A stretch of DNA of 64,000 nt from an uncultured Acidobacteriota bacterium (lineage in GTDB: Bacteria > Acidobacteriota > Terriglobia > UBA7540): assembly GCA_963804995.1 (NCBI GenBank), contig CAWDSK010000004.1, forward strand, positions 96,001-160,000, given 5' to 3'. The translations under genes and the position numbers were made by a program. This document shows positions 54,827 to 63,815 of this stretch, piece by piece (position 1 is the first letter of the stretch; every line of letters starts with the position of its first letter). The notes under the pieces were generated by a model that was not told the DNA's origin, did not search any database, and saw nothing but the letters and a program-made list of their open reading frames with translations.

Positions 54827-55626
54827 GAAGTACCTTTAAACTCTGCCTCCAAAGTCACCGCCAAGCTTCGCCGCAGGGCTCGGCCAGGTATGGGCGCTTC
54901 AGCTGTGAATGGAAACTCATCGTAGGTCTTGCCAGACAGTTCCCGGCCCGTCTTCTTCTTTTGGACTCCTCCCCACTGCTTGAAAAAGAAGGGAACCTTA
55001 TATAGACGGCATTGGTGGAGCAGATTTCGGACCCAAAATTCCTGCATTGGTCTTGCTCCAGGTCCGCTCTCTCCGCCCACTATTACCCAATCGATATCGG
55101 AGAGGTCAATGGGACCGAGGTCCTCAAGTAGTGGTTCTATTGATAAGAACTTCACTCCCGCTGGAGTATTACGCAGGTGTTCTATGCGAGGACTGCCGTG
55201 CTTTATGTTCTCGACGCTAACTCCCCACCAGATGTGACGGGTAGAGGTTGCAAATTTCAGCGGACCGTTCAACATTTGCCCCAGTCGCTCGGAGCGTTTT
55301 GTGAGAATCTGGTACGTGTGCCAACTCGCTTTCATCATTACGCTAACGACCCTAAGGATGAATTCGTCGGGCACGTCCACGTGGAACAAATCGCTCATGG
55401 AGTTTACGAAGACCATGCTTGGCGATGTCCACTCGAACGGCTCAAAGAGCTTCTCTGGAACGAGGCGAAGATCAAAGCCCAATTCGTATGGGTGGCCTTT
55501 CACCCCCCGAAACCGTTCGGCAAAGGTCTCGGCATAGCAGTGCAGGCAGCCTGGACTAACCTTTGTGCAACCCCGCACCGGGTTCCATGTCGTATCCGTC
55601 CACTCGATCTTGGTCTTTGATGCCAT
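54823..55626 (-). CDS. Phage Gp37/Gp68 (DUF5131) protein
   Basis: IEWTDTTWNPVRGCTKVSPGCLHCYAE, FVNSMSDLFH, WVIVGGESG, FFFKQWGG. Confidence 0.95.
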   Translation of the reverse strand: MASKTKIEWTDTTWNPVRGCTKVSPGCLHCYAETFAERFRGVKGHPYELGFDLRLVPEKLFEPFEWTSPSMVFVNSMSDLFHVDVPDEFILRVVSVMMKASWHTYQILTKRSERLGQMLNGPLKFATSTRHIWWGVSVENIKHGSPRIEHLRNTPAGVKFLSIEPLLEDLGPIDLSDIDWVIVGGESGPGARPMQEFWVRNLLHQCRLYKVPFFFKQWGGVQKKKTGRELSGKTYDEFPFTAEAPIPGRALRRSLAVTLEAEFKGTS

Positions 55627-56194
55627 CCTGAGTCTCAATTCTAACCATTATTTTGCCAGTTCGGTATACACAAGATCGTTTGAGGCGCATGTAGTTCTCT
55701 CTGGAGCTGAGGTAATCCAATCCAAGGTAACGTCGCCTTGGTCTTTCGCGTCGCACACGCGGGCTTGGCTGACCAGCGCGCAACCTTGCCTTCCAAATTT
55801 TGGAAACTTGCCCCGGCGGGCGCTTGGTCGGCTGGATGGGGAGTGTGTCGGTAAAACCTGTCCCCGCTTTGTACGGGTTTTTCGGGGAACACCGGTTCCC
55901 CCCGGGTACCGGTGTCAGGTGGCCTTCCTCACTGATAAAGGACTCCTGCTTTCCTATGCTATAGTCCGCAAGCTTCAAAGTTCCAACGCGGAATTTTGAT
56001 TTCCTGTCCCCTCCTCTCGTCTCACGCAGTCCATTCTCAGATTCATCCTTCGGTCGTTGCGCACGACCTATTTCCGGCTCTGGGCCGGGAGGATGACGGG
56101 GAGATGCTCGCGGCAAGCCATCAGAGAATGGCCGTTAAGCACGACCGTTTTCCAAATTCTGGAAATAGGGGGGGCAGGTAGGTGATTCTGCGAC

Positions 56195-56224
56195 AAAAAA
56201 GGGGCGCCGAAGGGGTGGCGCCCC
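56195..56224 (-). terminator. Rho-independent terminator
   Basis: GGGGCGCC-loop-GGCGCCCC followed by T6 on the minus strand. Confidence 0.75.
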
Positions 56225-56279
56225 GCTGGGGTGAGGTGACAGTAACCCCAGCATCAGAAGTAATCGATTTGATCCGTAA
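56195..56279 (-). ncRNA. Putative small RNA, about 85 nt
   Basis: TTGACA-17-TAGCCT promoter at 56314-56286, hairpin GCTGGGG...CCCCAGC, then a terminator. Confidence 0.5.
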
Positions 56280-56540
56280 CCTTCAAGGCTAGCCCACCAG
56301 CAGCAGTGTGTCAAGCATACTAAACGCGCGTAGCGGACTACTTTGACTTTCTTCGCTTGCGGCTTGCCCTCGCGGTTCCGTTATGGCAGACTTGGGCGAA
56401 GCCATCCGCCTAATGGCCGAAATTGACGCGGCCATTCCCAAGTGGCCGATGGAAAGCGGCTCATGTGCAAGAGTCCAGAGACAGTCTAGCGAAATATAAA
56501 AAGGCCACTGGCGAGCGCTCCTTAAAGGGGGTTTCCAGAA

Positions 56541-56930
56541 ATGACAGCACAGGAAATGGCCGACCGGATTCTCGACTTAATTGCAATGAGGAATGACACC
56601 ACTTTTGCCGAAATCTTCAACGTAATCGGGGAAGAAGCGAAGGGCGACCTGATATGGGAAATCTCTCCCAACACGGTACTTTGGACGGGAATGTCGCAAG
56701 CACTGCTCGATGCCTTCAAGATAATGCATGACAAGATCATCCCTCATCCGACCGATTTCTTGGTATATCTCTACGATGGTGGAGCGCTTGACCTTCCAGT
56801 CGCCAAAACAATTTCTAGGACTGGGTACAAGAAACCACATTGGCTTCCCGTTGTCTTCCGCTTCAGAAACGAGGTAGAACGCCAAGGCCGAGAAAAAAAA
56901 TACATTGAGCGTGGTGACTGCGAATTCTGA
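56541..56930 (+). CDS. Hypothetical protein
   Basis: 129-aa ORF, YLYDGGALDLP...KPHWLPV; bracketed by palindromes. Confidence 0.7.
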   Translation: MTAQEMADRILDLIAMRNDTTFAEIFNVIGEEAKGDLIWEISPNTVLWTGMSQALLDAFKIMHDKIIPHPTDFLVYLYDGGALDLPVAKTISRTGYKKPHWLPVVFRFRNEVERQGREKKYIERGDCEF

Positions 56931-57009
56931 TTGCTCTAGATTTAAGACGACACCACCACCGACCGCCACTTTCCAAATTTTGGAAACTGTCGCGCCTCGG
57001 CGGGTTCCG

Positions 57010-57408
57010 TCATGGGGTCGGGGCCGCTGCGACTCGGTATAGATCCGCCGACAATCTCATCAGGGCCTCGGGCGTCAACTGGTTTCGCGGCGAGAGGCCG
57101 AGCGCAGATGGCATTAGAGTGTCACCCGGCGCCGTCGGATTCTCGCCCATTATTTCGAGCAATTCATCCTCAAGTTGCGCGGTCGATGCCTCTGCTGGGT
57201 CGCGCAATGGCTCAAATAAAAACTGCATTGCCAACCCGCCGATCAGCGTGGCAAGAGTTTCCCGATAGACTTCCCCTTCGCACAACTCCCCGCGTTCGAT
57301 CTTCGACGCGGACTCCGTACTAAGCCCCGCTTGCTGGGCGAGGGTTTCCTCTGTCCATCCTAATTCGGAAACGGCGCGGCGCAGGGCGTCCACGACATCG
57401 TTGGACAT
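57010..57408 (-). CDS. XRE-family HTH protein
   Basis: LGWTEETLAQQAGLSTESASKIERG; GGAGG RBS. Confidence 0.75.
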   Translation of the reverse strand: MSNDVVDALRRAVSELGWTEETLAQQAGLSTESASKIERGELCEGEVYRETLATLIGGLAMQFLFEPLRDPAEASTAQLEDELLEIMGENPTAPGDTLMPSALGLSPRNQLTPEALMRLSADLYRVAAAPTP

Positions 57409-57549
57409 CGGACCTCCTGACTTTATTGTTTTTTGGAAAGCGAAGGCGGCTCGGCAGGAAGGACTTACAAAGAAATTATCGCATTGCGCGGACGATTCGG
57501 GGAAACAAAATCTCACGGGGAGTTTCCGAAATTTGGAAAGGGATCTCGC

Positions 57550-57852
57550 TTATTCATTGTGACTCTTGAGAATGATGCTGTTCATTGGTCCCTGTACATC
57601 CGTCCTCGCTATCGCTTGGTCCCTGACCCTCAATACGTCACTCCGCGACTGCCTGTCACACCATGAGGTTTGGATTATTAGTTGCCAGTGGGGAAGTTGT
57701 GCAGGCTTATTCCATCGAGCTGTTGTGCCTTTGATTCCTATAGAACGCAGGGCCGCTATGAGCTTACCCTTGATGTCGTTTCTTTCGTCTTCGGATAGAG
57801 CAGTCCAATCTCGCATAGCTTGGAGTATCACACCACTCCGGGCCGGAAACAA
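57550..57852 (-). CDS. Hypothetical protein
   Basis: ORF between two palindromes; start may be 57816. Confidence 0.5.
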   Translation of the reverse strand: MFPARSGVILQAMRDWTALSEDERNDIKGKLIAALRSIGIKGTTARWNKPAQLPHWQLIIQTSWCDRQSRSDVLRVRDQAIARTDVQGPMNSIILKSHNE

Positions 57853-58138
57853 GGGGCGAGAAATTCAAACTGTACCATCACCAGAAGTTTGGATTCCTTG
57901 GCTACGGAGGCACGAGTACGCTCTTTTGGTTCTCGTAACAGGTTGGGGGTTGATTCAGCCTCCAAGCTATTTTTGGATGATTTCTGGATTTCCAAATTTT
58001 GGAAAGTCGCTTGCTTCGCATTCCCAGCAGGAGTAATTCTGTAACAAATTTCGGTAGACTAGTTTTGAGAAACTTTGCGGCCGTTGAGCATGACTCCCAC
58101 CTTGAGAGCCCCACCCAACGACCATAGGAGGCCGCAAC

Positions 58139-58615
58139 ATGAAGAACTTGTTTACTGGTTTACTTTGCACCATCATTCTCACCGTTCCCCGTGTGGCTGT
58201 CGCAGGGGACAACGGTTACAAGGTCAACTATGACGGCGGCTCGTTTTCTGACTTGAAGGCCGGAACTGGCTTGCAAATGTACCTCGAACCGCATCAGATC
58301 CGGTTCGTGAAAGATAAGGCGGATATAGCCACAATTCCGGCTTCCGCGATTACTGAAATCAGCTACGGCCAGGATGTGCACCGCCGAGTCGGAACGGCGG
58401 TTGCTGTAGGGATCGCCTCATTCGGAATAGGCGCACTGACGGCGCTCAGCAAGTCCAAGAAGCACTTCATCGGCCTGACCTGGGCCAATGGTGACCAAAA
58501 GGGTGGGCTTGCAATACAGTGCGACAAGAATAACTATCGCGGCATCCTAGCCGGGCTAGAGGGCATCACCGGCAAGAAGGCCGTCAACTCAGAGACGATG
58601 ACGGTTAAGAATTAA
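58139..58615 (+). CDS. Secreted hypothetical protein
   Basis: AGGAGG RBS, signal peptide, glycine-rich hydrophobic segment. Confidence 0.8.
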   Translation: MKNLFTGLLCTIILTVPRVAVAGDNGYKVNYDGGSFSDLKAGTGLQMYLEPHQIRFVKDKADIATIPASAITEISYGQDVHRRVGTAVAVGIASFGIGALTALSKSKKHFIGLTWANGDQKGGLAIQCDKNNYRGILAGLEGITGKKAVNSETMTVKN

Positions 58616-59038
58616 GGCAACCCTCTCCAGCGTGCCGGTGAGTGTAACGCTGAGTGCTATACTGATAATCGAGGTCCCCGAGGCATAGGCCACCCTCAGA
58701 TTGAAACCCACCCTCCTCATGCCAAGCCTCGGGGCCTCACGTTTAACTCGCCCTGACCCTTTCCAAATTTTGGAAAGCCAGCCGCACCCCCCTCTATTCC
58801 ACGCTGGCGACCGATGGCTCCCTCTGCGGCCTGTTTTGCCTGCGCCCCTTCTTTAGTTCCTCGCGAAGTTTCAGGCCAAGCCCTACCCTCTGGTCGTAGT
58901 CAAGGTGTCGGCGCAGTAGGTTCATGGCAATGCGGAGTTCCACTTTGGATGGTTTCTGGTATGATTGCAGCCTTCAACCTAGGATTGGCCCCCACAGTTG
59001 CTTAGATTCTGGGATGAAAGTAAGGGAAAAGGGAAACG

Positions 59039-59302
59039 ATGAGACCTAAACGAAACCCTGCGGAGGCATCTCTGAAGTCGGCGATTGGCTACCCTGAAGT
59101 GTGCCCCTATTGCAATAAACCGGGCCTTGTTCAATCCGTTTCTGGCAGAAATCTCGTATGCCAGGGATGCGGGCGCATCGTGGTGATAGACGAGAATGCT
59201 CTAGCGGCACAAAACAAGATGGCAGAATATCGGAATTCGCTATCGAGCCGCAGAAATCTCAGGCATACGCGCAGTCGAAGTGCCATAATTCTGGCCGCCT
59301 AG
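59039..59302 (+). CDS. Possible small zinc-ribbon protein
   Basis: CPYC...CQGC; purine-rich leader. Confidence 0.4.
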   Translation: MRPKRNPAEASLKSAIGYPEVCPYCNKPGLVQSVSGRNLVCQGCGRIVVIDENALAAQNKMAEYRNSLSSRRNLRHTRSRSAIILAA

Positions 59303-59409
59303 CCCTGCCTTGTGGCATCGAAGAAATTTGGTCAAGGTTGGGGAAGTCCTTCGGATCGCGCAACCGTAACCGACTCCACATGCGGTCCCGTTCCCACAAT
59401 CTCTGTTCC

Positions 59410-59752
59410 CATGTTTTCGGCCCCCCTCCCGCTTCGCCACCTGAAGGGCGCGATTTAGGGTGATTTCCTCACTTGCCACCTTCTCGGCAAGTTCGGGGCG
59501 CTTTGTCTACAGTTCGCGGGCACGGGCCATTGTAGCTTCGGATACGCCAGCTTCTTTGGCCGACGTGCAATGAGATTTAGAGCCGTGGTGTTTCTTGCCC
59601 GCACCAGGTCTCCCATCAACTGAGGGGAGACCTGACAATCTCTTACCATCCTCTGTGCGGGGTTGTTCCTTGGTTGCCTTGCTGCGCTTCCCATTCGATT
59701 CAGCCTTGATCTGTGCCTGCCGCTTCGCCCATTGGTTGCTCTCCAGTTCCAT
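59410..59752 (-). pseudogene. Remnant of a phage ParB-associated-type HTH protein with an internal TAG
   Basis: AKEAGVSEATMARAREL*TKRPELAEKVASEEITLNRAL continues in frame across the stop at 59507-59509; boundaries approximate. Confidence 0.55.
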
Positions 59753-60145
59753 CTTTACCTGAAGGACGGAAATCGTTCCCGGCTGGTTGCGCCAATAAGA
59801 AATTTCCGTAGTAATGCGTGTGCTCCAGAGAGCGTCCTGAGCACCCCCGCCTGGTCTTTTTTTCGACACCGGGGGGTGTCGCCCACCGCCTGCGCCCAGG
59901 CCCACAAACCCCAGCAAACATGCGGGTATTGGCGCAGTCCAGCGCATTCCAGTAATACTCTGCGTGGCAATGCACACAAATAATATATTTGGAAGAGTGT
60001 AACCTATTTACTTCTGCGCAGATGTGGGGCAGTCAATCTAGGACACCACGCCGACTGGTACGGTTCGTGCGGGGAAAGGTTACGGGAAGAGCGGATGTGT
60101 CAACACCCGTTCTTCCCTAACCACACAGCCTACACAGGAGGCAAT

Positions 60146-60574
60146 ATGGCTACCCAGAGTTTAACCACCTACGTTACTCATGGCAACCCAGACCCTCGGC
60201 GTATTCCCCTAGATGATCCTCGGGTTCACAGACTCCCGCCGGGGCCAGAAAACCCCGACCTGAATTTTGACGACTACCAGTTCCAGGGCGGGCGGACGGG
60301 GCACCAAGTTGTCGATACGGTCGGGGGCGGTGGTTGCACACCAATCCCTGCCATCCGACTCGCTGTCGAAGAATCGCAGGGACACCGGTTCGCATCTGCG
60401 GCGACGGCGGAAAATCTTCGCAAGATCCCGCGCCTTCAAATGCGCGTCTTTACGGCCTTTTACTGGGGGTTCGCCACACATGCGGAGATCGGTTCCGCAC
60501 TCGGGATCACGCGCCTTAATTCGAGGGTTTTGCTTTGCAGGGCACGAAAGCATCTTGAGGCGCTGGCACACTAA
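60146..60574 (+). CDS. Protein with C-terminal sigma70 region-4-like HTH
   Basis: AGGAGG RBS; THAEIGSALGITRLNSRVLLCRARKHL. Confidence 0.65.
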   Translation: MATQSLTTYVTHGNPDPRRIPLDDPRVHRLPPGPENPDLNFDDYQFQGGRTGHQVVDTVGGGGCTPIPAIRLAVEESQGHRFASAATAENLRKIPRLQMRVFTAFYWGFATHAEIGSALGITRLNSRVLLCRARKHLEALAH

Positions 60575-60958
60575 ATTGTGCTTTGCGGTTGTAACGTCTG
60601 TCTCTACAGTCAACTTATCAGAGGATTCACACCCGCCGACCAATCGGCAGGTTTCGAGTGGTGAAAGCGCAGCGTGGTCGAACAACCGGGGTCGGCACCT
60701 GTCGGCCCCGGCTTTTTAAAGATTGATCTCCCCTCCATCGTAGCCCCCAGGAGCGCTCTAAAGCCGGGGTCGGCTCCCAACCGACCCCGGCCCACCTTTC
60801 CAAATTTTGGAAAATTGGCAATCGGCCTGCCCATTATCGGGCGAAGTTATCCGCGCAGTTTGGCGGGGAATGGCCGAACGGCACGTCACAGTCTACTCAT
60901 ATTGTGACATTGGAACCCCGATTGCCGTTTGTAAGTCCTTTGGATTCGGTTCTACAAA

Positions 60959-61190
60959 ATCTCATATCTCGTGTGTAATGTGACATTCGCGGGTAATTTG
61001 AGACTCTGCATTGCCTACCTTGGTGTGGATGTCCGCCCATACCCCTTGGTGACAGGGGAAAATTTCGCGCACCACGGTTGACCCCTGTGCCACTGAGCGC
61101 ACCACCGGAGACGCACCATGAGGCTAAGCCCTTTGTTTGTGAGGCTAAGCCCTTTGTTTGTGATGTCACGTTACATACCATGTGTGGCAT
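60959..61190. other. Two inverted 28-bp (11-6-11) recombinase-site-like sequences enclosing a 21-bp tandem repeat
   Basis: 60959-60986 and 61163-61190, with 14/16 inverted identity at their inner ends; TGAGGCTAAGCCCTTTGTTTG twice at 61119-61160. Confidence 0.55.
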
Positions 61191-61226
61191 TCAAGTTGCT
61201 CATCTCCCAGTCGGAGGGAAACCCAC

Positions 61227-61808
61227 ATGGCACGCTCTAACCGGCAAGCACTCACGACGGACGAACTTCTGGCAGTCCTGAAGGTAGCCAAGGAGCACAG
61301 CACGCGGGATTGGGCACTTCTGGTCACAATCTATCGGCATGGCTTGAGGGCATCGGAGGCAGCGGCGCTAACGCTTGGCGACATGCAGGACGGTCAATTG
61401 ACCGTGGCTCGGGTGAAGGGGTCACTTAAGACCACACAGCCGGTTTGTAAGCACCCCGGCCAACCGCTGCTTGATGAGGTCAAGGCATGGGCGTCTTGGA
61501 TGAAAGGGCGCCCGCAAGATGGAAGTGGAGCAGTGTTCACTTCCCGGAAGGGTGGGCACCTGACGCGGGAACAGGTTTATCGGATATTCCACCAGCACGC
61601 TGAGACCGCCAAACTCCCACCGGAGAAGCGCTTTGTCCACGTCCTGAAACACAGTCTGGCGAGTCACCTAATCGCGGGCAATGCGAACCTTGCAATGGTG
61701 CAGGTAGCCCTCGGGCACGCCAGCTTGTCGAGCACCCAGGCTTACATTCACGTTTCCGACGCCCAGGCCGCAGTCGCCAGTCAGCGAGCGTTGATGTCAC
61801 TCTTCTGA
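61227..61808 (+). CDS. Short FimB/FimE-like tyrosine recombinase
   Basis: 193 aa, catalytic domain only; YRHGLRASE, ARVKGSLKTTQP, VFTSRKGGHLTREQVY, HVLKHS, LGHASLSSTQAY. Confidence 0.88.
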   Translation: MARSNRQALTTDELLAVLKVAKEHSTRDWALLVTIYRHGLRASEAAALTLGDMQDGQLTVARVKGSLKTTQPVCKHPGQPLLDEVKAWASWMKGRPQDGSGAVFTSRKGGHLTREQVYRIFHQHAETAKLPPEKRFVHVLKHSLASHLIAGNANLAMVQVALGHASLSSTQAYIHVSDAQAAVASQRALMSLF

Positions 61809-62009
61809 TTCCTGGAATGCCGCTTAAAATGGCCCGCTGTCGCGTCCAGTGCCACGCAGACGCACGCGGGGTAAAAGCGCAAGGGGTTCTGGGCATGGCT
61901 AAGGACGAGTACCAGTTGAGTACCACTTCACCGTTCTAGTGGTCCTTTTGCGTGCTTTTCGGTTGCCAAGCGTGCCGCAATATCAACGAGATACCCTAGT
62001 GCTGCCAGA

Positions 62010-62060
62010 TTCGTAAACCGAGGGTCACCAGTTCAAATCTGGTCGTCGGCTCCAATCCCT
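62010..62060 (+). repeat. att repeat: duplicated 3' half of tRNA-Thr
   Basis: Identical to 47209-47259. Confidence 0.95.
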
Positions 62061-62180
62061 AAATTGTTTTCCAGAGCAGTAATTCCTTGCAGCACAGATT
62101 GGAAGGACGGGAGCGGTTCGCAAGCCGCCCGCACGAAATTTCGAGCGATTGCCGCAGACCAATCGGGAGGCAGTAAACGA

Positions 62181-62840
62181 ATGAAGGCAATTCTATTCGG
62201 AGCATCAGGGATGGTCGGGCAAGGTGTCTTGCGCGAATGCCTGCTCGATCCTGAAGTTACTGCCGTCCTCTCAATCGTACGCCGTAGCACCGGGCAACAA
62301 CACCCGAAGCTGCGCGAAATCGTCCATAACGATTTCTTCAACTTTTCTGCGCTTGAACCCGACCTGACGGAACTGGATGCCTGCTTCTTTTGCCTCGGCG
62401 TCTCTTCCGCGGGCATGTCCGAAGAAAGCTATCGGCGTATTACTTACGACATCACCCTGGCCGCAGCCGAAACCTTGGTGAAGCTCAACCCATCCCTGAC
62501 CTTCATTTATGTTTCTGGTGCAGGCACGGACAGTTCCGAGCATGGCCGCACGATGTGGGCCCGAGTGAAAGGACACACCGAAAACGCCCTGCTGCGCTTG
62601 CCGTTCAAAGCAGCGTACATGTTCCGCCCCGCCTTGATTGTGCCGCTCCACGGGATCACGTCCAGGACCAAGCTCTATCGGGTCTCTTACGCTGTACTGG
62701 GCCCGCTCCTCCCGGTTTTGAAAGCACTCATGCCAAAGTATGTCACCACAACCGAGAAACTGGGGCGGGCCATGCTCATCGCGGCCAAGCGAGGTGCACC
62801 CAAGCCAATCCTTGAAACCTCAGACATAAACAATCTTTAA
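62181..62840 (+). CDS. NAD(P)-binding epimerase/SDR-like protein
   Basis: ILFGASGMVGQGVLRECL, DACFFCLGVSS, MWARVKG. Confidence 0.9.
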   Translation: MKAILFGASGMVGQGVLRECLLDPEVTAVLSIVRRSTGQQHPKLREIVHNDFFNFSALEPDLTELDACFFCLGVSSAGMSEESYRRITYDITLAAAETLVKLNPSLTFIYVSGAGTDSSEHGRTMWARVKGHTENALLRLPFKAAYMFRPALIVPLHGITSRTKLYRVSYAVLGPLLPVLKALMPKYVTTTEKLGRAMLIAAKRGAPKPILETSDINNL

Positions 62841-63018
62841 GGTCACCGGCCTCCACGGCTGAAAGTCCGCCGATCTTAATGGGTGACCACCGTTCGGCCC
62901 GGGCCAGTGCCGCAGGCCCCTACACCTTGGGTTGCGGCCCCCCCGCCCTGCGCAGCGGAGTGCCCACGGGCCGCGGACCTACAAATCAGGTCTGCTACGC
63001 CTTCTGTTCCAAGAGCGC

Positions 63019-63339
63019 TTACGATACGGCGGCGCGCAGTCTAAACTGAATCCCTTCCTGATCGAGCAAATAGGAAACGATGGCAAACAGATTTTGCGCT
63101 TGGGGATTACCCTGCGGTCCGAGCATCCGCATCAGGCTTTTGGGCGAGCGGTGGGTGGCCTCGGCCAACTCGACAAATCCGATCGTGGCATTGATGTAGT
63201 CGCGGAGCACGGTCTTGCCCGTCTCGACGTCTCCGTTCAGCATGGTTTCCACACCCTCGCGGAGAAGTTCCCGGCGAAAGGCGGGATCGCGTTGGACGCG
63301 CGCTTTGATGGTTTCCTTAAAATCGCGAGTCAGAGCCAT
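63019..63339 (-). CDS. Addiction-module HTH antitoxin
   Basis: MALTRDFKETI...LRDYINATIGF...SLMRMLGPQGNP. Confidence 0.85.
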   Translation of the reverse strand: MALTRDFKETIKARVQRDPAFRRELLREGVETMLNGDVETGKTVLRDYINATIGFVELAEATHRSPKSLMRMLGPQGNPQAQNLFAIVSYLLDQEGIQFRLRAAVS

Positions 63340-63492
63340 TATTGGTCTCCCTCTTTCTTCGGCTAAATTGCCATGGCCTAACCGCGTCACTGCCATAGTC
63401 ACCTTCGCGGCAGCCGGCGCGTGCAGGTTGTCAAACCAAATCGCGAAGGGACCGTTTCCCTCGTGGTCCAGATACTCGCGCACATCGACCAA
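63340..63492 (-). pseudogene. RelE/HigB-like toxin lacking its C-terminal half
   Basis: VREYLDHEGNGPFAIWFDNL...RLGHGNL runs in frame into the antitoxin; the GPGYR segment is absent. Confidence 0.75.
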
Positions 63493-63815
63493 ACCCAATG
63501 GTAACATATCTGGTACCAATGCCAAGCAGGTAGTTACAAGCCGCAGTTAATTCTCTCGTGCTCCTAGACTTTCCCTTCGATCGCAAACCCACAGTCAATT
63601 TCCAAGACGAATTGACCGTGGCCACCTCCGGGTCACACAACTTCCGGCGCTGTTCGAAGGGGTGATTGCAATCATGCGATGTAGGGGTAGGGCTCTCGAC
63701 TCCGTCGGGACAGGTTGCCCTACCCGGCGTTCCGCATGATGAATGCGGAACCAGGGGGCGGGTCGCCGCGGCGACTCCCCCTACGGCAGAAGGGTGTGTG
63801 GACACAACCCTTGCG

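Larger units (their letters stand above)
48734..60813. repeat. Ten dispersed 17-bp palindromes, consensus TTTCCAAATTTTGGAAA
   Basis: Starts at 48734, 52156, 53717, 55790, 56149, 56970, 57523, 57989, 58760, 60797; each within 1 mismatch on one strand. Confidence 0.92.
47209..62060. mobile_element. 14.85-kb integrative element (phage-satellite-like) at tRNA-Thr
   Basis: Identical 51-bp repeats at 47209-47259 and 62010-62060; integrase and excisionase at the left end; no capsid, tail or conjugation genes recognised. Confidence 0.93.

Noticed and set aside
59860..59900. cos/pac packaging site near TTTTTTTCGACACCGGGGGGTGTCG
   Set aside because: Only a short hairpin with a superficial resemblance; no terminase or HNH context.
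47209..62060. Complete prophage or ICE
   Set aside because: No capsid, portal, large terminase, tail, lysis, relaxase or T4SS genes recognised.
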